DNA of 60,000 nucleotides from Botryllus schlosseri (Eukaryota): positions 6,574,001-6,634,000 of the forward strand of contig CM119371.1 in assembly GCA_051294905.1 (NCBI GenBank), read 5' to 3'. The notes beneath the pieces were generated by a model. The model searched no databases and had not been told where the DNA came from. It worked only from the letters and a program-made list of their open reading frames with translations. Made by a program: the position numbers and the translations under genes. This document shows positions 51,801 to 60,000 of this stretch, piece after piece. Position 1 is the first letter of the stretch. Every line of letters starts with the position of its first letter.

Positions 51801-52197
51801 AGGGCACTTCTGCCATGAATGCTAGGGCGAGGGACTCCGTTTTTTGGCCACTAATCACAGTCGACATCTCTCGCATTAGAGACCAGTGTGGTCACTGCCA
51901 CAGGATCGCGAAATCCAACCCCATGCAGCCTCCAGCCGTCCTGACACGCCCAGAGTACCCTTTCCAGATGATCTGCAGTGATTACTTTTCTCACAATGGC
52001 AAGGACTATGTTGTCATTGTTGATCGGTACTCTAACTGGCCGATTGCGTGTCACTCGAACTCTGGTGCCGATGGACTCATCTCGCAGCTACGGCAAACCT
52101 TCGTGACTTTTGGCATTCCAGAAGAGCTGACTTCTGATGGCGGGCCACAGTTTACTGCTTTGAAGACCCAGGCATTCTTGAAATCGTGGGGCGTAAC

Positions 52198-53501
52198 CAG
52201 AGGTGGTCAGTAACGAAGTACTTCTACTTTTTCGAAGTACTCAAGTAGTTTTCCCCTACTTCTGGTACTTACTCAAGTAGATCTGATTTTCGCTACTTCT
52301 ACTTCCACTTCTTAATATTTTGTGATCTACTTACTTACTTCTCGCTATTTTCAGTTTGTCAAGTAGAAGTAGTTCAATCTTTCAATCAGGAAGATAGCCT
52401 GAGGAATTTCGGAACTGTTTTCACGGAGTATTAACATTTAATTTTCATAAAAGTTTAGTAAAGCACAGAATTTTCGTCGCGCTTCGCGCGCAGTGGATAC
52501 GGAGTGACCAGTCTGATTTCACGACAGTATCAGTGAATATAATTTAGGTGGCGGTTTGGCGTGGTTCCGTTCACACCACATTATCGCCCTTCACCCATAT
52601 GAAATAATTCATCACAGTTTATATGGCTCATCATAACGTTTGAAACTGATGCTTCGCAATCTAGCATTTTCTTGTCATATCGTAATCTAGCATATCTATG
52701 TCCTGTCCATGGCGTGTCCTAATCTGGAAGAGTGGACTTTGACTTTTTTTTTAGTTTTAGAGCTGTTTTAGCATACCACCTTTGAAACTTTCTGGACTAA
52801 AAACATGAAATACATATTCTGCTAGCAGAAGTAGTATTTATATTTCACTTTCAATTCCCAGTATCATATACTTTGAGTTATAATTATTATCAGTTCTTTT
52901 GTCCGAATAACATACATGTTGAAGTATAAAAGCAAGTGCAGTAGCCTAATGCCTTTAATTTCTGAAAATAAAGCTACACAATATGGCATTTTTACGGTCC
53001 ACCAGGTTTTTTATTAACGTTTACTAATCGCGCAAAGTGTTTGCACCGTATCCTATACAACTTCTCCATATTGCTCTTCGACTAAACTACGGGCCGTATA
53101 GGGAGATGGCGCCATACCATGATATTTTCCATGACGCGTTGTTCGAGAAAACAGAGGATTAGTATCGCATCTCTTTATCAATACTATCATTTTCACCCCA
53201 TGATGTGAACGAATGCTTATGCTATCAAAAATTGGATACCTGCTGGTATGCATCAATATGAATCAAGCTCGTCACCTATCACATAGCTCAATTTGCACCT
53301 TTTTATAATCCATCCAATCAGGATCGTTTTCACAACTACTTACTTACTTGAGTACTTTTAAAGTCAGTCAATTCTACTTCTACTTCAAGTAGTTTCAGGT
53401 TGCTCATGAAAGAAGTACTTCTACTTGTACTTGAGTAGATTTTTTCGTCGCTACTTCTACTTCTACTTGAGTAGCCTTCTTGACTACTTTGACCACCTCT
53501 G
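52198..53501. mobile_element. hAT-type MITE (TACTT subterminal family) inserted in the Gypsy integrase
   Basis: CAGAGGTGGTCA...TGACCACCTCTG; perfect TSD GGCGTAAC. Removal rejoins the integrase frame WGVT|HRVSSVANPHANCRAELAVK. Confidence 0.9.
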
Positions 53502-54369
53502 GGCGTAACCCACAGAGTATCTTCGGTCGCCAACCCACACGCGAACTGTCGAGCCGAACTTGCAGTCAAGACGGTGAAACGGATGCTCATGGACAACACA
53601 TCCAGCGGCGGCTCATTGGATGTCGACAAATTCCAACGAGCTATGTTGCTGTACCGCAATTCCATTGACCCGGTGACTAAGGTCTCCCCTGCGATGATCA
53701 TATTTGGACGCCCTATTCGCGATGCTATCCCGATCCCATATGCGCGCTACGTACCCCATGAATCATGGCGAGAAATTGTAGCCCACCGGGAACTTGCCAT
53801 GGCACGGCGACACTGTCGCGAATACGAAAAATGGAGCGAACACACCAAGACGCTGCCTGCTTTGAAAGTCGGTGACCATGTCTACCTGCAGAATCTAGTT
53901 GGGAACCATCCGAAACGCTGGGAGAGAACTGGCGTTGTCGTCGAGGTGCGCCAGCATCACCAGTACGTCATTCGCGTTGACGGGTCTGGCCGCGTAACCA
54001 TACGAAACCGACAACACTTGCGCCGCTTTACGCCATTCTCAGTGCCCGGACACCCGACATTTACAACGACACCGCTTCAGGATCCTGGACCTGCGACCGG
54101 CCACCCCGAGGTCCATACCACACCGTCTGCTGCCTCAGAACCAGCCGCTCAGCCGGAAAACTTGCCTGATGATGTCGACGAGCCTCCTGCAACGACGACC
54201 CCACGGCCACCGCTGGCCCTGGCTCGCTTACAGCCATACAACAAGCCAGGACTGTCAGAATCTCATCCATTGCCCAGGTCACGACACGCTGTCGTCGATC
54301 CTTGAGAGAGACTGTCTTTTGTGCTAGTATCGCCTTGGCACTCCAAGACTCGTCTGTGGGGAGGGGAGA

Positions 54370-54593
54370 TAGATAACCATGCTATCTCTCTCTACAGATC
54401 CTAGTCATCCTTTTCCTCACCCTTACTTGAGACTGAAATGCTAGGGGGGGGGGGAAGGATAGCAATTTACCATTTCGTTGCAATACGTTTCTTTCTGCGT
54501 TGTGATATTTATTTCCATTCTGTAAGGCTGTCGGAAAAGTATTTCATCCTTAGATATGCTTAGTAAATATAGGTAGACATACATGTTTGTTTA
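54370..54593 (+). repeat. 3' LTR (224 bp)
   Basis: Follows the polypurine tract GGGGAGGGGAGA; starts TAGATAACC, ends TTTGTTTA, followed by the AAGAC TSD. Confidence 0.88.
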
Positions 54594-54982
54594 AAGACTA
54601 GTTCTAATTACCGATTTTGAAAGCGAATAGTTGTAGTGTTGATATTAGTGTAAATACCAACAGCGGTACACTGGCACAGTAATTGGGTGGGTTGAAAACG
54701 GTACATTTCAAACTATTATTAAAATTCTTTTTAAACGCCGATTCTATCCCTGATATTTTCACTTATCAGGCTCATTTACAATTCAGTAATTCACATTATC
54801 AGTATTGCAGTTGCTTCAGAATTGAAACTACTAAGTTGTTTTTATTTGCCAGTTACGGATTTTTAAAGCATGTGAATTGTAATTCTAGTAGCCAGTTTTG
54901 AAAAGTGAGTGGTTCTAGTTCTCGGTTGAGTTGCATTTTGAAAATCCAGTAATTTGTACAAGTCTGCTCGGGTGAGTGCAAT

Positions 54983-56611
54983 CTATCTCTTCACAAATAT
55001 GGATGTGTAAATTTCAACACATTGATCCACTTTTGGTGTCACTATTGTCCATTTATCTTGCGATATATCGTACTTTTCAATTGAATCAGAGGTTTCTCCA
55101 TCTGTTACAGCAAAAATCCACTTGTCAATGTGATACACAGAAACCCAATCGCGACAAGCATTCATAGAAGATAAAGAAGTCCACTGAGCTGAAGTAGCAT
55201 TGTAACATTCTACGTTGTTGACTTTCATTCCTGGTGTCCACCCTCCGATCACAAATATCTTTTGATCAACTGCAACAACACCATTTCCACTTACAGGATA
55301 TCTCATTGGTTCGAGATCAACCCACTCTGATGAGGATGGAGTGAATCGGCAGAATGATGAAACTTCGACACCATCTTGTCCTTTACCTCCGATACAATAG
55401 ATGGACTCATTCAATGATACGAGACTTGCATTACTTATTGCTGTAGGTTTATCTTTTAGTTGAATCCATTGATTCACGGCTGAGGTAAATATTTCCACGT
55501 CACTTGTTGCTTTAGGAGAACTTCCTCCAACAACGAATAGCAATCCTGACAACGAAACTGAACGAGGATCGTTTCCATGGTCACAAATCATATCTTTCAT
55601 CCTTTCCCATTTTGAATTTTTGCTCTGAAAATTGAGTCGATGAACTGATTTATTCTCACACAAAACGTAGATGTGCGAGTCTAGAGAAATCGCCGAGAAA
55701 TGCTTTAAATTCCAGAACTTCTCATCATGAAACTTCTCCACGTCCTCAGTTACTGGATTGAAGGATCGGATACAATCTGCGTCATTATCAAAAAGAATTA
55801 TCAAATCATCTTTGCTGATTTCTTCGTTTGTTTTCTGTGATGCTTTTGAAGCTTTTAAGAGACGTCCAGTGATCAACTTGTACAGTCCTAAGTCGTTACT
55901 GATGATTTGGTTTGATTCCAAAAGACGTTCTAAAAATGCAGGAGAGACTTCATCAAACTTGATTGCTTCGAGACATTCGTGCAAATGTTCCTGATGTCTG
56001 CAATTTTTCTCGACCCAATTGAACAATAAATTTAGTTTTTCTTCTTCACATAACTTTGATTTTTCCGACATCACGAATTTGAGTATGTTAGGTTTTTCAA
56101 TGTTTCCAAATTCAGGTTGGTTTGATATTTCCATGATATTGTCATGAAAAAATGCTCTACATCGCGTAGAGACGGCATCCAGTCCATACATATCGGCGAC
56201 ATTTCTTGTGGAAAAGTAATTCTCTACATTAACTGATTCCTCCAAAAAGTCGGATACTGCGTGTTTCACGTCTTCCAACTGCATCATGATTGCGACATGA
56301 AGAAGATCATTCATCTTTTCATCAGGAATCTCAAATTTGCCTGAATATATGAAATCGATGCAGCTTTTCACACACTGAGAATCGACCTCTTTCAACACGA
56401 CTTTTCCTTCACGACTCTCTTTGGTGTCGTGCTTTAACATAGCTTTGAAATAAGCACAACCAGCAGACAATACATTCTTGTGAGTGTAATAGACATCATC
56501 TCCTACTTGAATTATGAAATCACAATGATCGTTTTCTTGCTTCATTCGATGTAATTCTTCCATCATCTTCACTGAATGTGTCTCTACATTTGCACACACA
56601 ATCTGCACCAT
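54983..56611 (-). CDS. Kelch-like BTB-BACK-Kelch protein, copy 3 (542 aa, single coding exon)
   Basis: Ungapped paralog of the other two copies. The first ATG is at 56611; the ORF-track start is a TTG. Confidence 0.93.
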   Translation of the reverse strand: MVQIVCANVETHSVKMMEELHRMKQENDHCDFIIQVGDDVYYTHKNVLSAGCAYFKAMLKHDTKESREGKVVLKEVDSQCVKSCIDFIYSGKFEIPDEKMNDLLHVAIMMQLEDVKHAVSDFLEESVNVENYFSTRNVADMYGLDAVSTRCRAFFHDNIMEISNQPEFGNIEKPNILKFVMSEKSKLCEEEKLNLLFNWVEKNCRHQEHLHECLEAIKFDEVSPAFLERLLESNQIISNDLGLYKLITGRLLKASKASQKTNEEISKDDLIILFDNDADCIRSFNPVTEDVEKFHDEKFWNLKHFSAISLDSHIYVLCENKSVHRLNFQSKNSKWERMKDMICDHGNDPRSVSLSGLLFVVGGSSPKATSDVEIFTSAVNQWIQLKDKPTAISNASLVSLNESIYCIGGKGQDGVEVSSFCRFTPSSSEWVDLEPMRYPVSGNGVVAVDQKIFVIGGWTPGMKVNNVECYNATSAQWTSLSSMNACRDWVSVYHIDKWIFAVTDGETSDSIEKYDISQDKWTIVTPKVDQCVEIYTSIFVKR

Positions 56612-57183
56612 GATTGTCAATCATCCACAATAGGCTATATAGAATGATCCTACGAATATTATGATATAGTCAAGCACTGTTATTGAAGTCAAAATGATTA
56701 GTAGGGCGATTATTTGGACATGTCAAAAAAGTCAAAAGTGAAGCGTAGGGTCAAAAATTGTCAAAATTGTTCACAACATCAAAATTTTTTTGAAGTCCGC
56801 ATTTCGTTTTTGCTGTAGATTTTGCACTGTCGGTGAACTTATCATTTGATATTTTACAGCTTGTAGCCTGGTTTATAGGCCTACCGTTGTCGATGGCACA
56901 TTATGAATCATAAACAGTTACAGGCAAACACACTGGCACTACTAATAAACATTGGTCAGAAACGAAATATATGAAGTAGTCAAATAACATATGTCCAGTC
57001 TACATGCACTTAGTCAAGTATTCAAGGACTAGGACTTGCAGTCTTTCTTAATCGTTTGTTCGACCCAAGCAGCTGAGTTCATTATTAGAAAATCCTACTC
57101 CAGTCAGTATTTTTACCACGACTCTGACTCCAACCACTATAGTTTTCATGACTCCGACTCCAAGGAATGCTAAAACATTTCAA

Positions 57184-60000
57184 GGGCAAATGACTGATCT
57201 GCAAGCTTAGCTCGTTTTGAGCTTTACACTTCGTCTGCAGCATTTATCGGAAAACCGGAAATATGATCAGAGTTAAAATTAGAGCATGGAAACATTACCA
57301 AAATAAAATTAGAATTAGAGCATAAGAAACATTTCACAAGTTAGATTAGATTCAGCTTACGGCATTTCGCTCAAATTAGTGAAGCTAGACAACTAGAATT
57401 ATCTTAGTTATCCAAATCTGTCCGGACAGTGTCCATCAATTTGGGTCAGTTGTTTGATTTGAGGTCCGACTTGGATTGGTACTTTGGCCTGCACTGCGCT
57501 TCTCCTGGTCACTAGATGTCGACAAAGTGAAGGAGGCCCTTTTCGTAATGAGTTCTCCCTTCAAAAATATGAAATCTTCTCGATGCTTGATTCCGTCGTC
57601 GTGACAACCTGCGACCCAGGGAGGGGGTCTGCGGATGGAATTTTACGAATTCTTCGGTTCACCTGCCGTCTTCTTACTCCCCTTGAAACGTTGCCCAATC
57701 AGGGCCAGTTCAGGTTCTCCTCAATCTGTGAAAAATATGTAAGGCGTTAGTCAACACTGGCATTGGAGACGTGGGATTTAAAGGTCTTTTTGAAATCACG
57801 AGATTTCGAGATAGCATCTAAGAGAGCTAAACTAGTGCTTGGTTTGCTCTTGAAGCAGCTATACAAGATCAGCCGACTGATTTGAACACCCTACATTAGC
57901 ATGATTATAATACCAACAACTGTGGCACAAGAATAAACGACATCAGTGGTCTTCAATCCTTTTCAAAATGGTGGGTTCACCATTTTAAAGTTCCCTAGAG
58001 ACTTGTCCATCTTGGTAATACATCAAACCGGTAGCAACCCTAATCGGAATAGAGATCTTACCCTGCTGCAATCCATCGGAAATACTTATGCTACAGACGA
58101 ATCAGATTTCGACATAATTGGATCACAACCGAACACAGTGGTTTTCAACCAGAGTCTACGAAACAATATTAGGGAACCGCGATCTGATTGATAAATATAA
58201 TTTGTGATATTGGAAGCTAGGGTAGACTAACACAAACCCAGCTTTCTGCACCGTCCAGCCAGATTCCAGGTTTCAAGTATGTGTTTATGACTCATTCTCA
58301 AAACTACTTACAAAGACAGCACATTCTTCCTCCACCTGTAGTAGGCTACTTCTGGGTTGCTTGGAATAACATTACTTCTACTTCACTACTTGTACTGGAG
58401 TGCACTTTGCGTTGCTACTTCTACTTGAGTTACTTATTTGACCGCTTCTGATTATGCATACGGGCTCATGCAATCGCGGATAGTTATTCTTATACTCAGT
58501 AACTTTTTCGAGACAGCTAAGAGATTTTACCTCCGTCCGATTTACCGCGGTCTCAATGTGCAATATTTATTGCATGATTTATTTATTAGCTCGTAATAAG
58601 AAAATGCTGGATGTAGACGTAGGTAGAGTGTAAATATTGGTCTGCTCATGTCAAGGGAGGTAGGATAGTGATATGATTATTCATGGGATTTCATTCAGAA
58701 ACTTTCAACATTGCGGACAAAACGTTTGCTATATATTTGAAACACTGTTGCCAATTCTGGATATGTCACAATACTTCGCAGAAACTCACCTGAAGTCATC
58801 ATGATTCCAGAAAATCTTGATGTCGTGATCTTGCCTTTTGGCAGGAGATAAACCCTGCACTTGAACCGTACTAGGGCAGCTGGAAAATTTTAAGCATGTC
58901 CAAATTAGATTAGAATTAGAATTGCAATTACAGCTACAAAGTTTTTTCCAAATAAGAGTAGGATGAAAAACATAGCTACCTACAGTTATATCCAAATTAT
59001 AATAAAATTAGAATTATAGCTACAGCTTTGTCCAAATTAGATTAGAATTACAATTACTGAATTCGCGAAAACTTGAACATTGAACCAAGTTCCTTCAATA
59101 TCAAATCATGGTTCATTCTTATGAACACGAGAATAGCCAATGGTACATACAATACAATGTCCTACAATGTACTACCTAAAAATAGTACATTGAATGTTCT
59201 CTCTTGCATGCTGGTGACGTCATATTTTGTGATACGATTGTTGATATACAATGTTCTTTCCAATTCTCTACTAGTTGCTGACGATTACCCCTGACGAGTG
59301 TCAGCCGAAAATATTTGCGCTCATTTCAATATGAATATACTAACCAATTGGAAATGATATCCTGAACTAGGAATGCCTTATATAGTGAGGTTTTGTTATA
59401 CTCCAAACCGCAACAGCTGCATAATTTCATGTTATGTTACTTTAACTAGGTAAAATAGGGAAGTCCCCTATTCTCAGCCTATATTCTTCCAGCTCAACAT
59501 GCACACAGATAAAAAGTAGCCAGAATCTGTTTTTACGGCATAAGGCATGGGAATCAGACTGAAATCCTGGACTTTTTGAAAGTCGGTGCACGGTTTAATC
59601 AGTTTCTACTAACTGGGATAATTACTTCAATGTAGGAGCAAATTGAAAACTGATGTCATTACGTTGACTTCAGTAATCAATTCTTAAATACCTAGGTTGG
59701 TGCGAATAGAATGTGTTGTCCATCCTAATTGTGGCTTGAAAATATGCAGCCGGATAAAACTCACCTTGAATGACAATTGGTCTACTCGCTTGAAAGTTGC
59801 AACTTGCTTGACTCTGATCAATAGAATATCCTTGCCTGTGATGATAAAGAAACGATACATTGGGTTAGAAACGATTCAAATTCGAACTTTATAGTCAACC
59901 AAAGTGTTCAGACGTGTTGCTACAGATGGACATAAGGTAGGGTTACCATATTTTGAAATCGGAAAGGAGGACACTCCTACCAAATCATTTCAAGTTAGTT
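57184..60000. repeat. Unit D of the tandem segmental duplication (partial)
   Basis: 57184-58690 aligns to ~5490-6980, 58690-59140 to ~11660-12160 and 59590-60000 to ~15730-16110. Includes exon-like blocks 59765-59835 and 58790-58854 and an acceptor at 57725. Confidence 0.85.

Larger units (their letters stand above)
48812..54593 (+). mobile_element. Ty3/Gypsy LTR retrotransposon, inactivated
   Basis: Gag (from 48930, CWAC zinc knuckle), protease (VADTGCQ), RT C-half (APQGF..SGD, CVDD), RNase H (ATDWS, EGEALA, ATDHKPL), integrase (H-x3-H..C-x2-C, CSDYF, SDGGPQF, AELAVK). LTRs 48812-48896 and 54370-54593; polypurine tract 54358-54369; 5-bp TSD AAGAC. Confidence 0.93.

Overview
AT-rich animal (eukaryotic) genomic DNA; the SINE and transposon complement suggests a marine invertebrate, but the species cannot be established from the sequence. 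The window is a tandem array of roughly 10-19 kb segmentally duplicated units (A ~0.4-19.3 kb, B ~25.3-35.1 kb, C ~38-56.7 kb, D ~57.1 kb to beyond the window end). Units A-C each carry an intact, intron-free 542-aa BTB-BACK-Kelch (KLHL-type, putative Cullin3 adaptor) gene on the minus strand. The three proteins align without gaps, but their differences concentrate in the substrate-binding loops of the Kelch propeller, and copy 3 is a mosaic of copies 1 and 2. This pattern suggests a diversifying, immune-like ubiquitin-ligase receptor cluster. Each unit also carries a set of minus-strand exon-like blocks whose AG/GT splice sites are retained across copies although reading frames have decayed. 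The rest is transposon-derived: a near full-length RTE-type LINE, a twin-primed (5'-inverted) copy of it, a disrupted Ty3/Gypsy element with TA...TA LTR ends and a non-TGG primer site, L2-type relics, a tRNA-derived SINE, and many nested non-autonomous hAT-type MITEs with 8-bp TSDs.
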